From Zygnema circumcarinatum SAG 698-1b (taxonomy: Eukaryota; Plantae; Zygnematophyceae): 64,000 bases of DNA. The stretch is taken from contig CM074812.1 of the NCBI GenBank assembly GCA_037447605.1, forward strand, positions 558,001 through 622,000, in the 5' to 3' direction. The translations under genes were made by a program, and so were the position numbers. Shown here piece after piece: positions 13,001 to 25,427 of this stretch (position 1 is its first letter; every line of letters begins with the position of its first letter). Below the pieces are notes generated by a model, which was not told the DNA's origin, did no database searches, and saw only the letters and a list, made by a program, of their open reading frames with translations.

Positions 13001-14117
13001 NNNNNNNNNNAGAGAGAGAGAGAGAGAGAGAGAGAAAGTGAGATAGGGAGGGGGGAGGGGTGGTTCTAGGGAGAGAAGCTGCTCACGAGTGAGTGTATTC
13101 AGTGGTGAGGTTCGGAGTATGTACTTGTGCAACAATGTAAGCTTTTGGTTCGGAAATGTCGTGGTTTCTCTTATGCTCTGTGGTTTGTGCAGGGGAGTTT
13201 GGGCCTTGGCATGCATGCGACGATGAAGTGGATGCATGCCATGTCATGTGATGCCATGTGACATCCCTGATCATATGTAATGGCATGCCATGCCATGCGC
13301 ACAGACCTGTCATGTCGTGCCATGCCATGCATGCTGCTGCGCAGTGCTGGCAAATTCGCGATCATGTCGATCGTTCTCGGCCAAAACGAAACAATTATTG
13401 CTTTCTTAATGACTAAGTTTCCGGCGAAGGATGTGGCATCGATCTCACGCATGGCGATGATGCTATCAAATGTGCATGGACAAAATCGACATGAGGAACC
13501 ACGAGGAACTGGGCGCAAAGGACCCAACCACAATGGAAAAAAAGGCGAACTACAGTACTGTAGTCGTAGCTTATGGCAAACCAACAGAGTGGACGTACAT
13601 ATATCGCGATATGGCGCCTCTGAGATATCCACGATATGTTCCGCGTCAGTATGTGGCGATAAATCGGTTAAACCAGATACGGTACATAACGACACCGACA
13701 AAATAACCGTATCGGTGTACATCATATCGTATCGTTACTGTATTGTATCGTATTGTATAATCGTATCGTATCGATATCCTCAGCCCATACAAGCCGCCGC
13801 ACAGCCTGAACCCTCTGCCCATAAAGTCAAAAAACATCGTTCCTTGGCGGCACTCTCGCTCTCTCTATCTCACTTTCTCCCCCCACTCTCTTTTTCGCCC
13901 GCCCCGCCCCACTCTCCCTCTCCCTCTCCCTCTCCCTCTCCCTCTCCCCCTCCCAACGCCTTTAGAGCCTCCTCCGCCTCCCTCACATCGCTCGATCGCG
14001 TTCTGAAAAACAGAAAAAAAATTCAAAGAATTTTAATAATTCTGAAAATTGGGCACCTCGGACCCAAAACCCAAAACCCCAAATTTTAGTTTTGAATTCT
14101 CTTTTTGCTTTGTGGCC

Positions 14118-17100
14118 ATGGCGGCCCCGCAAGGCGAGGCTGCAGGTGTGACAGCTGTCGAGGCTCCCTCGACGCCAGGTGGCGGTCAGGGAGAGGCTGC
14201 GGACCCGTCCGTACAGCCTGTGGCCGCTGCTTCGGCGGAAGCAGCTGCGAAGGTTCCTGAGACAGCTGAAGTGGCAGAGGGGTCGGGAGCTGCTGAGGTG
14301 GCAGTCGAGGTGGCAGCTGAGGTGGCAGCTGACATGGTAGCTGATGTGGCAGAGGCTGATGGGGCGGAGGAGGTCTTCGATGAAGAGAAGAGAGCGAAAA
14401 TTTTGAGACAGGTACTTACTTTTCTGGGATAGTGGAGGTTGATCTTTTTTTTATTTTAACTTTATGTATTTCGTTTTGTTGTGTTAGCTGTATTTCCTAC
14501 TATTTTCTTTTGGGGAGGGAGAGAATCGTACTCTCTCACTCTGCCCCTCTCCCTCTCCCCCACCCTCTCTCCCCCTCCCCCCTCCCTCTCTCCCTCTCTC
14601 GCTCTGCCCCTCTCCCTCTCCCCCACTTTCTCTCCCCCTCCCCCCCTCCCTCTCTCTCTCTCGCTCGGCTCCTCTCCCTCTCTCCCACTCTCTCTCCCCC
14701 TCCCCTCCCCCCTCCCTCCCGCCCTCTCCTTCGGCTTTGATTCGGCGTCACTCGGACATCTCCTTTGTTTGTTTCACAGTAAGCCGAAGGCAGGGGCCAG
14801 GAAAGAAATATATTTTATAATTCTGCATTCATTCACGGAAGCCATAATCTCAACCTCCCTCTCTTGCAGGTGGAGTTTTATTTCAGCGATAGCAACATGC
14901 CGCGTGACAAATTTTTGAAAGAGAAAATGCAGGAGGGGAACGGCTGTATCCCTTTTTTCAATTTTTTTAATCCATTTTACGTTTCTACGGACTGTCATTA
15001 TAAAAACACATATTTTTTTTTTGAAGTGGAAAGGCTAAGTTCAACAGTGAGAGCTTAATTCCTTTCTCTGTAACTGTTCATCTTCCGCAAAAATATATAT
15101 ATTGTTTTAAACTTGAGACGAGTTCACGCACCCGGTTTATCCTTGACCCCACATTTTCAAAAAAAAAAAACGTATTTTTTTGTCCAGTGGTCTCCCTCGC
15201 CCTCGTGTGCACATTTCCGCGAATGCGAACACATTTGGGCCTCTCCGAAAAGGAAGAGGCTCCGCCAGATACCGTGAAAGCTGTTTTCAACGTTCTCAAA
15301 AAGTCAACAGTGCTTCGAATTTCGGAAGATGGTACGGCTCTCTCTCTCTCTCTCTCCCCCTCTCCCTCACTCTTTCTCTCTCTCTCGTTCTCACACTCTT
15401 TCCCTCCCTCTCTCTTTCTCTCTTTCTTTCTCAAACTCCCTCTCTCCCTCTCCCTCACTCTTTCTCTCTCTTTCTTTCTCACACCTCTCTCCCTCTCTCT
15501 TTATCTCTCTTTTTCAAACTCTTTCTCTCCCTCTCTCTGTGTCTCTCTCTCTCTCACTATTTCCCGCACACAATCTCTCCCTCTCCCTCTCTCTCTCTGT
15601 CTGTCTTGCTGCCTCTCGGAGAAGAGGCGTATGTCGGAGGACCGAATCCCATTTTCTCAGATCTCAAACGATAGTGGTAGAATTAGAGTTGAAAAATTGA
15701 GACAACGAAAAATTAAACGTATCAAAGACTTGAAATGTATCGAAAGCCAAAAACTCACCAAATCCCCAAAACCTTTAAATTCATTTTTTTTTTTTAGGTT
15801 TTCTGGTTGGGAGAAAGGACGAACTCCCTTTAACGGAGGAGGCGAAACGAGAGCTCGACGAACGGAGTCTCCATGCAGCTCCGTTTCCGTGGGACTCAAC
15901 CATAGAGAGCGTGCAGGAAGTTTTCTCAAAATACGGAGAGGTACATATGAAATAATTTGGAATCTATAGTAACGTTTAAACCTTCTTTAATGATGGAACT
16001 CTCCTCCCCACTCTCTATCTCTCCCTCTCTCCCCTTCACTCTCCTTCCCTCCGCTTCTCTTTCCCTTTCGCTTTCTCCCTCCCTCCCCTGCTCTCTCCCG
16101 CTCTCCCCTTCTCACTCCCTCCTTGTCCCTCTCCCTCCCCTCTCTCTCCCCTTCCCTTTCACTCCCCCTTCTCTCTCTTCCCCCCTTTCTCTCTCCCCCC
16201 CCCCTCTCTCCCTCCTTTTTACCCTTTCTTTTCCATATCTCCCTCAGGTGAAGAGTGTGCGTCTCCGGCGGTTCCCTGCGACCAAACTTTTCAAAGGGTC
16301 CGTTTTTGTCGAATTCGCGAGTGCGGAGGAGATGGAGAGAGTGCTCTCTCTCACTGTGGTAGCCAATGGGGTCACACTCCGTATGCAGGCGCGGTTAGTC
16401 ACTCTCTCTCTCTCTCACTCTCCTCTCTCCCTCCGTACCCCGTAACTCCGTCTCTCCCCTTCTCGTTCTCTCTCCCTCTCTCGCTCTCTCCCTTCCTATC
16501 TCCTCCCTCCCCTCCCCTCCACTCCCTTTCACTCTCTCGTCCCCTTTCTCATCCCTACCCCCTCCCTTCGTTTCACCTCCACTATCTCTTCCCCTCTCGT
16601 TCTCTCTCCCCCCCTCCCTCACTACCCCCTCCCTCTCTCCCCTTCTCTCTCTCCATCCCTCTTTTTCTCTCCCCGGTTGGCCAACTTTGTAAATTTTTTA
16701 TTTACTCTCTTTTTTTTCATTTTGCAGGAAAATTTTCGAGGAGGGTTTGGAGCAGTCTCGCGAGGACGGAGTCTTGCCCGAAGACAGGTCCGCCCAATTT
16801 ATACCCCATTTGTACCCATCGTTTTAGCCCTATTTATACCCCCTTAGATACCGCATTTTCCTTCCTCCTACACCCTTTTAAGACCCTTTTTGACATTCTA
16901 ACTCTTCCATTTACTTTCTTTCTTCCCCCCCCCCCCCCCCCCNNNNNNNNNNCCCCCCCCCCCCCCCCCTTATTTATACCCCCTTTACACCCCCTCTCAA
17001 GCCTCGTCCCCTATACCCCTTTTGTACCCTATTGGCAATTCAAAGTACTATTGGATCCGTTTTTAGAGTTATAGGCCATGCAGTTTTTGCTCGTGAGTTT

Positions 17101-18990
17101 TTAGTTTTTCTTTTGTTGTTTCATTTGGAAATTTCTAAGTTTGCTGATGGGTATAAATGGGGCATACTGTGTATTCAGACAAGACTTCACTCTTAAAGGA
17201 GGGGGAAGAGGAGGGAGAGGAGGGAGAGGAGGGGGAGGAGTGAAGCGCGGGAGAGAAGAGAGAGGAGAGGGGGAGAGAGGGGAGGAGGAGGAGGAGGCTT
17301 CAATGGAGTATCCGAAAGGCACAATTGTTGGGTTCGATTTAAAGCAAAAAATGGGGTCGAGTGAGGGGGAGGGAGGGAAGGCAAAGGAGGGAGACGGAGC
17401 AGGGAAGGAGGAGAAGAAGAAGGAAGAAAAAGTGAAGGAGAATGGAGATGAGAAGATGGGAGGGGAGGGAGCGGGAGAGGGAGAGGGAGGGGGAGAGGGA
17501 GGGGGAGGGGGAGAGGGAGAGGGAGGGGGAGGGGGAGAGGGAGAGGGAGAGGGAAGCAAGAGAGGAGCGATTCACAGGGATCATTTGAAGGAGGCTTTTC
17601 AAGAATTCGGAATGGTTCGGGTAAGAGCAAAAACTCAAGCCAAGTCAATCCGAGTCGTACCAAATCAAAGTCAAGTCAAATCAAGTCAAGTCAAGTCAAG
17701 TCAAACCGAGTCAAGTCAAGTCGAGTCAAGTCGAGTCAACCCGGGTCAAGTCGAGTCGAGTCAAGCCAAACTGGGTCAAGTCAAACCGAGTCAAGTCAAG
17801 TCAAGTCGAACCGAGTCAAGTCAAGTCAGCCCGGGTCAAGTCGAGTCGAGTCTAGTCAAGTCAAGTCAGCCGGTCTGTCTTATTCCATGTCCGTTTTTTG
17901 GCAGTTTGTGGAGTTCAACAGCGGGGACTCGTCCGGATTCATTCGTTTTGAAAATTCGATCGAAGCGAAAAAAGCGATTGACGGGTCGGCGGGTGGCCGG
18001 CCAATAGGAGAGTGCCACGTGGCAATTGTGAGGGCTGTGGAGGGTAAGCGAGTTACCGGGATTGGGGTACAAATGGGGTTTAAGATGCAGATGACGTCAT
18101 TTGAAGTTTAGTTTTACTGACGGTTCATCCGGTTTAAAGAGAAAAGGAATGTTAGTTTTTCGGTTAATATGCTTTTAAGGTTGATTTGGGAAAGTAAGCT
18201 TAATTTTTCTGGCATCATCCAAAACCAAAAAAGACTAAAGTGATATCCGAAAACCCAACAACCCGAAATCTCAAAAACGGAAAAAAACGGAAAACCGAAT
18301 CGGGAAAACCCAAAAAGGAAAGAAAGTTCCATCTTCAACCATGAATTCTTTTTCTTTTTCTTTTTCTATTTTTTCGAAGTTTAAAACTTTTCAATGAAAT
18401 TTCGATATTGGGCTGCAGGGGATGAGGAGGAGGGCTATTGGATGGAGCTGAGGGCGGCGCAAGGACGGAAGAGAGGCCGGGGGGGAGGGAGAGGGGGAGG
18501 GAGAGGGAGGTGAGTAACAGAGAGAGAGAGAGAGAGAGGTGTGGCTTGTTCGCTCGTATGTGTGTGTGTGTGTCTCTCTCTCTCTCTTTCCCTCCCTCAC
18601 TCCCCTTGATTGCACCCCTCCTCTTTGCCTCTCTCCCACTTCCTCCCTCTCCCCTCTCTGTCTCTCCTTCCTCTCCCTCCTTCCCCCTCTCTCCCCCTCT
18701 GTCCATCCTCTCTCCCTCCTTCCCCCCCTCCCTCTCTCTCGCTCTCCCCCTCTCTCGTCCCCTCCCTCCCTCTCTCTCCCCCTCTCTCCCCCCCTCTCTC
18801 TCTCTCCCTCTCGTTCTGAGGACGTGATGGTGGGCCGGCTTGCAGGGGATGGGGCCGTGGGAGGGGAGACGGCGGTCGTTATGGAGGTGGAGGAAGAGGG
18901 AGGGGAGGGAGGGGAGGAGGGAGAGGAGGGAGAGGGAGAGGAGGAGGAGGAGAGGGGAGAGGGGGCGGCCATAGACGCTTTGATGACTGA
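14118..18990 (+). CDS. La1: La protein (La motif + RRM1 + RRM2 + RGG tail)
   Basis: Ten exons: 14118-14411, 14870-14945, 15188-15331, 15798-15940, 16248-16393, 16728-16787, 17179-17620, 17905-18043, 18419-18509, 18846-18990 (~559 aa). Motifs: RQVEFYFSDSNMPRDKFL, VSLALVCTFPRMR, VKSVRLRR....FKGSVFVEFAS, YPKGTIVGF, RDHLKEAFQEFGMVRFVEF, C-terminal GR-rich ...HRRFDD*. The last exon junction is less certain because an in-frame TGA at 18511-18513 is an alternative end. Confidence 0.92.
17640..17870 (+). repeat. (AGTCA)n pentamer microsatellite in La intron 7
   Basis: caagt-caagt-cgagt repeats over ~230 bp. Confidence 0.85.
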
Positions 18991-19404
18991 GGCTTTTTTC
19001 GGACCTGGTCTTCTGTAAAGCTTTCTCAGAAAATTTGAAATTTTGAGAAAAATTGAACGGAATTGTTGAGGCTCCATGTGGCCCAACTGCAGTTTTGGCT
19101 CTAAAGCGTTGCACGGAACTGAGAGGGTTCAGCGTTTGTGAACTGTTTTTGAGGTTTTGGTGAAGAAAGGGATGATCTGGACAACCAAGTTTTGGTTTGT
19201 TGGGGCTAAAATGAAGAAAAAAAAATGCTGAACTTATGATTTTCTCCCCCTTCCGCCTCCCTTCTCTCTGCTTGTTTAAATTGTTTGCTTCTTCAGACTT
19301 TTCCCTTTCCGTTTCGTCTTTTCTTATTTTAGACCTTTTTTTGTGTCGTTGTGAGCATGATGGGGTTGGACTCACATTTTAGTACGAAATGAGCCCTCTC
19401 ATTA

Positions 19405-19537
19405 GGGGGTGTCAGACTTAAACATTGTTCGTAAGTTTGAGACCAGAACGAGTACTTCGGTGACATCGCAATCCTGGTGCGGCGGAGTACTTACAAAACG
19501 TTTTTGTTCGTAAGATTTCGTTAAGTCTGACACCCCC
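19405..19537. mobile_element. 133-bp mini-MITE with TA target duplication
   Basis: 17-bp perfect TIR GGGGGTGTCAGACTTAA ... TTAAGTCTGACACCCCC, flanked by TA on both sides. Confidence 0.75.
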
Positions 19538-21197
19538 TAGGTTGGGAAAAGGACTGGAGGTGAGGGAGAAAGGATAGAAAGGAAATTGGTGGGAGGGGGG
19601 GGGGGGAGGGGGACAGGGAGAGGGAGAGCGAAAGAGAGGGAGAGGGACAAAAGGGAGTGGGGAAGAGGGAGATGGAGATGGAGAGGGAGAGGGGGAGAGG
19701 GGCAAAAGGGAGAGTGAGGGGGAAAGGGAGAGGGAGAGGGTAAAGAGAGAGGGAGGGAGAGAGGGAGAGGGGGAAAGGAAGAGGGAGGAGAGAGGGAGAG
19801 GAGGGCAAAAAGGGTAGAGAGTGAGGGAGAGGGGGAGAGAGAGAGACCAGGGAGAGCTAGAGGAGAAAGGGAGAGGGAGCGAGGGAGAGGGAGAGAGTGG
19901 GAGAGGGACAAAAGGGAGAGGGAGAGGGACACGAGGGAGTGGGAGAGAACAAGCCAGACTCGTCAATCTCAAACGGAGAAACAAACGAACATTGCGATTT
20001 CACGCACACACTAAAAAGGGATAAAAAGTGCACTCGCGAACTCCAACTGACGAGTCTCAGTGTCGAATCGGGCCAAAAAAGTCAACGATCAAAGTTTATA
20101 AGAAAAACATATATAAAAAAACAAGGAAAATTCAAGGCCTTTCTCTTGCTCCTATTCCTCCTACTCGTTAAAGTCTATTTCGAGGATCCAAATGATCTCC
20201 GCCTCCCTTCTTAAAAAAACTGTAAACTGGTTTTTTGCAATAAACCAGGTGTTTCCAAAATAAGTGCGATAACCCCAAGAGGGGACAAATTCACTTTTGT
20301 TGTAAAGAATGGAAACATAAGAGACCGCTGTCAGCAAAACTTTCAAGAGTGACGTGTCAAATCTTTGAGCTGGACCAATCTTAAGATGCCACGTGTCGTC
20401 GCCGCAATCGCTGACATGGCAAGAGGGAGTTGCGCCAGCTCAGCCAATTTATAAGGGGGGCACTGCTCAGCCTGCCACGTGTCTAGTCGACACGTCAGCG
20501 CAAAAAAAGGATTCCTAATTTCAAAACGGCGCTTCTGCTGAGCTGTCAAGTGTAGCTCGTGCCAGTTGGCAGCCTAATAGACCGCCACGTGGCAGCATTC
20601 TGTGCCCTCAGCAGGTCAAAAAGTCTCCGTCAAGCCAATCACGGCGACGCTTTTTATAAGCAAAGCAGTTTCAATGTTGCAGCTGTCTCTATGTACAGTT
20701 GTAACTGAATCCGTCGGCCGGAGCATTCCCAGATGCGTCTCTATGTGTTGTGTCGAACTCCGTTACCCCCAACGGCCAAACGGCGTTCCATGCAGGCAGA
20801 GATCCCTCCATCCCTACGCTTTGCAAAAAGTGAACAAGTCGATCCAAGTATACGAAGAAAGCGGAAACGCGATGCGGCTCGGTATATATAAGAGAGCTCG
20901 CGGGGGGGTCCAGGGAGGGAGAGAGAGGGAGGGAGTGGGAGAAGGAGGGAGGGGGGGAGGGAAGAGGGATGGGCAGGCAGGGGGAGGGAGGGAGAGGGAG
21001 GGAGGGAGGGAGGAGGAGGGAGAGGGAGGGGCAGGCAGAGGGAGGGAGGGAGAGGGAGGGAGAGGGAGGGAGGGAGGGAGGGAGGGAGGGAGGGAGGAGG
21101 GAGAGGGAGGGGCAGGCAGGGGGAGGGAGGGACAGGGAGAAAGGGAGATGGGTCTTAAAGAACCCCTTCATTTTCTGAATTGGGCCTCTCTCAAAGC

Positions 21198-21767
21198 TCA
21201 AGATATGGCGAGCCACGCCTTCTGCATCTGCAGCAGTCTGAGCCCTTCACAGGAGTCCTCCTCCAATATGGGCTCCATCTGATGAAGGTGAAAGCCGCAG
21301 CGGGGAGGGAGAGCTTTAAGTTGCGGCTCTCCGCCAGAAGAAGGAGAGGGAGGCAAGGAGCAAGTGACACCTGGCAGCGGCTGGAGGGGCTTCCACGTCC
21401 TCCCCCACACGGTAGCTCCCCCCGCCGCCATGGATTCCAAGAGGGAGTCTGAAGGGCGGGGAGTGAAGGCCATGGCGTCCTCGTCTTCGTCTTCTTCCTC
21501 GGCAGCCTCTCCTTGGGCTTCAGTGGAGGGGAAGGTGGGGATAACGAGGGCGAAGGAGGAGGTGACACGTGGCGCGGCGGAGGGGGAGGGAGAGGGAGGG
21601 GGCCGCCATAGAGAGGGGAAGCGGCCGGAGAGGAGCGGGAGGAACGTCTTTGGGCGCGAAGAGGTCACGGGTTCGAACCCTGGCGGCGGCTGTTGGTGCA
21701 CTTTTGCTGCAGAAAGCTTGCGGTGGCGGCGGGGGCGGGCTTTGAATACGGAGGAGAGGAGCTCCAT
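21198..21767 (-). CDS. Hypothetical single-exon protein (189 aa), unrecognised
   Basis: ATG-initiated, not low-complexity. Preceded on the sense strand by a CT-rich tract like other genes here. Contains an acidic EEEDEDED stretch and C-terminal RCGFHLHQMEPILEED. Confidence 0.5.
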   Translation of the reverse strand: MELLSSVFKARPRRHRKLSAAKVHQQPPPGFEPVTSSRPKTFLPLLSGRFPSLWRPPPSPSPSAAPRVTSSFALVIPTFPSTEAQGEAAEEEDEDEDAMAFTPRPSDSLLESMAAGGATVWGRTWKPLQPLPGVTCSLPPSPSSGGEPQLKALPPRCGFHLHQMEPILEEDSCEGLRLLQMQKAWLAIS

Positions 21768-24563
21768 TGTGAGGGGGGGAGGGAGGGAGAGTCGGGGTGA
21801 GGGAGAGAGGGAGGGAGGTAGGGAAGGGAGAGGGAGGGAGAGTGTAGGAGAGGGAGTGAGAGAGAGAGAGAGGGAGAGCGTGTCGGAGAGGAAGGAGAGG
21901 GAGAGAGGGAGGGAGAGAGAGAGAGGGAGAGCGGGAGAGAGGGAGCGAACGGGAGTGCGCGGCAGGCGGGCACGAGCGCGCGCGCTATAGCATCGGGCGG
22001 GTCGCCGTTGGACTCAGAGGGGTGGACACGTGGCGGGCAGCGCAGAGGGACCGCCGGGGGGGGGGGGGTGTCGGTTCACACGTGTCACATGCCCTGGTGG
22101 CCTCCCAACCGTCCGATCTCTCCACGTTCTAATCGGACGGCAGCGATGCTGCCGCATCCAGAAAGGATGACCGTACGATTAGGGCTGGCGGGAATGTGTA
22201 CGAACGCACTATGCGACAAAGTGGCCGGCGGGCGGCCGGCAGGCGGGACTGCGGCTTAGGACGGCAGGGCGGCCGGCTGAATCGACACGTGGCGCAAATC
22301 GGGAGGTCGATATAGCGAATGGATTGGAATCGGACGGTGGATAGTGTCGGAGAGATGATCGGACGGCGTAGAGGAGACAACGTGGAACCGTCAGTTGGGT
22401 CAATGACGAGCGGGCTCACACGCGGCGCCGCGGATCGCGGAAAGTGGGGACATGTTGGGCGGATGGATCTGGGGTGGATTTTCTGGGTTTGGGATCATCA
22501 TCGATGGTGGATCCTGAAACCATCTGAATGTGGATCACATTTACAGTGGACGGGGTCGGGGGATTTGTACGAGGATGGTCTAGAGATCATGCGTGGAATC
22601 GCGAGCAGTGCATTTGAACTTACAAAGTTGGATCCAATCAGGTGGATCTTCAAGGTCAACTGCCAGCCCATGTTGATCTTGAACCTATTTTGAACTTTGC
22701 CGAAAAGTTTCGACAGTCAACATGTCCGGCAACGAGCACCGACATTTGGCCGTGAAACGCGGAAGCCTCGGGAAGCCGACACCGACATATGGACTCTTTG
22801 TCATTTTGAATACCGAACTTTTAATGTATTTGTCGTTTCAAGGTTGCGACCTGATCGAAAATTTGTCGTATAGCGCGGGAAAGCGGAAAATGTATATTTG
22901 ACCGTTTAACAGAACAGACCGGCGCGGCGATCCATTTGTCGGTGATAGCACAAGACGTCAAAGTTTGATTGTGATTTGTCCACAGCGATGCCGACTGCTT
23001 TTGTACGCATCCGTAATCTTTGTTCTCTTGTGGAGTACAAAAAAATTGTCGTTTCCACTGTTGTTCCATGTATGGTACGGACGGGGTAAATTCGAATCGA
23101 TGAACTGCAACGGGAACTTTCTGCAGCTGATGTTACAAAGAAATGGTCAGAAAGGACGGATGGAACCGGATGCTAGTATTAAAGGCGGGAGCTATCGTGT
23201 AAGATACGACAAAACAAGTTTGTCCTCTTTTGCCGACAGGTGGCGGGCCCGAATCTGTCACGTCATGCGATGGCAAAGGACTAGGAGCTTTAATCTAAAT
23301 CTGTGTACATTGGACCAATAAGAATATGCCATGTCATATTATAATGAACACATGACAATCCGTGATTGGTATATATTTAACGGAGTATCTCGCATAGGAC
23401 ATGTCATTTCAAACAAGTCTGCAGTTCTACTGGCGAAAGAACCTCTGTTGGATTTCTGCGACCGGGACTGCCCTCATGGAGAGAGAGAGCAACTCTGCTA
23501 AGCAGGCCAATGGCTGCTTGCCACGTGTGCATGTTTTTTGTGACGTTGTGATTGGTGCATTCTGGACAGAGTGGTTTTTTAACATGGGACCCCCATGGAG
23601 TTCCTCGGCCTTGAAAGGAAATAGAGAGATGAGATGGATCATAAAAGAAAATATTTCCTTCATCGTTTTTTTGCCGTTTTTTAGCCCTTGAGTAAAAGCC
23701 TCCCCCCATCCCCCACATGGGCTGCATCGCGAAAGCCCATTTCCATGTGATTCAGAAACTGTTCAGAGTTCTACTGACATTTTTCCAGTGCGCACATAGA
23801 AACTGTTGGAGATTGAGCAACTGGAAGCTGCAGTTCTCCGTTCAGTTCCCTGTTTCCAGAGACGTGGACTGGGGCCAATAAGATCACGCCACGTGGATTA
23901 ACCTTAGTGGTGGCAAGCTCCAAAAAGCAACCCCCCACGTGGCACTTGCGACAGTTGAAGTGGTTTTTGAACAGTCCTTAAAATGGGCTCTAAGTGAATT
24001 TTAGAAGTAATTTCAGTTGTGGACATAGAGCAGCACATCAGTACAAACTGGTAAGGAAGAAAAGAACCAAACAACTGCCCGCGATAAAAACTCATATAAA
24101 GGAACTATCGAAATAAACGAAATTCCCATAAAAAAAGATAAAAAAATCTTGTTCCAATGTCTTATACCAAGATAAGCAGAAACGAAAGGTGCCTTTTCTC
24201 TTTTTTATTAACTTGTTCCTGAAAGGAAAGCGCACCATGCGCTCGTGGATCCAGATTCCACTTCGGGTCAACTTCGGGTTAACTTCGTTTATACCCGTTT
24301 GTTTGCACATCGTTATTCCACGGCTCTGATTGACCTAAAATTCCAAAACACGTGAGTTTCTTCCCCTCAATTCGTTGGAGAAGCACAAGTTTCCTACGGA
24401 ATTAATGGACCACTATTGAAAAAAAACAAGAAAAATGAGTCAAATGAGTAACATGGACCCTAAAAACACATGGATTCAAAGGAACCCTAAAAAAAACTGT
24501 CAACCCTAAAAACTCTAAAAACCCTAAAAAGCCAAAAGGAACCTTCGACAACATGGAACCCCA

Positions 24564-25427
24564 TCATAACCAAGAAGGCCATTTGAGGATGGCAGCTCGA
24601 TCCTGCTCTGCCACTTTCTCGTTCATTTTCTTCACCTTCTCGAGCGCTTCTGTCTGCATTCTGTCGAGAGATTCGTGCCAGCTCTGACCGCTACTCCTCC
24701 TCCTCTCCTCCTGCCTACTCAACGACCGCTCTCCTCTCCCCAACTCCCTCTCTCCTCTCCTCTCCTCCTCCCTCTTCTCCGATCCCTCCCTCCCCCCTCC
24801 CCGCCTCTCTCGTTCCACTCTCTCCCGTCCACCCGTCTCTCCTCCCCTCCCCTCCCCCTTCTCGCCTCCCGTTCCCTCGCAGCCCTCACTGTCCCGTTCC
24901 CCTCTCTCCCCTGCCCCTCTCTCTTCACGCCCCACTTTCTCCCTTCTCCCGCCCTCTCCCACTCTCCTATCTCCTTCTACATCTCTCACCCTCGTCGACA
25001 TGGCTCGCATCCTCGTCTGCACCGCCAGCTGAGCCCTCCTCTTCTCCGCCTCCCTGACCTCTCGCTCTGACTGAGACTTCCTCTCCTTCACTTCCAAAGC
25101 CTCCAACGCCTCCAACGCCTTCATGGCCAAAATGGCTCTCTTGCTCTTTTCCCCCACTGCCCCACTCGCTTCCTTTTTCTCCTCTCCCCCTCCCTCTCTC
25201 CATCCCTCTCGCTCTCCCTCTTCCTTCTTCGCCCCCATAGCCCCGAGCTTTAGCAGCTCCTTAGCCTGCCACGCGTCAAGCTCGATTCGCTCCTCCGCGT
25301 ACACCCGTCCTTTTTCGCCACCTGGCAGCGCGCCATTGGCTGTCAGAGCCTCTCCTACGCTCTTCAAGAGGCAGCACACGCCAAGCTTCTCCATGACATA
25401 GTCGCTGCAGGCGGGGAGGCCCGCCAT
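24564..25427 (-). CDS. Hypothetical single-exon protein (287 aa), coiled-coil/charged, unrecognised
   Basis: CCATGGC start context. Complex N- and C-terminal segments (EERIELDAWQAKELLKLG; SWHESLDRMQTEALEKVKKMNEKV...WPSWL) flank a GA-tract-derived E/R/G-rich middle. Confidence 0.5.
   Translation of the reverse strand: MAGLPACSDYVMEKLGVCCLLKSVGEALTANGALPGGEKGRVYAEERIELDAWQAKELLKLGAMGAKKEEGEREGWREGGGEEKKEASGAVGEKSKRAILAMKALEALEALEVKERKSQSEREVREAEKRRAQLAVQTRMRAMSTRVRDVEGDRRVGEGGRREKVGREERGAGERGERDSEGCEGTGGEKGEGRGGETGGRERVERERRGGGREGSEKREEERRGERELGRGERSLSRQEERRRSSGQSWHESLDRMQTEALEKVKKMNEKVAEQDRAAILKWPSWL

Noticed and set aside
13001-13010. 10-N gaps (also 16943, 39763, 59378)
   Set aside because: Assembly placeholders within simple repeats, so tract lengths near them are unreliable and not biological signals.
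21640-21690. tRNA-Pro-like fragment (TTTGGG...GAGGTCACGGGTTCGAACCCTG) with a B-box
   Set aside because: The anticodon and acceptor stems do not pair and there is no D-arm/A-box. It lies antisense within an ORF and is probably coincidental.
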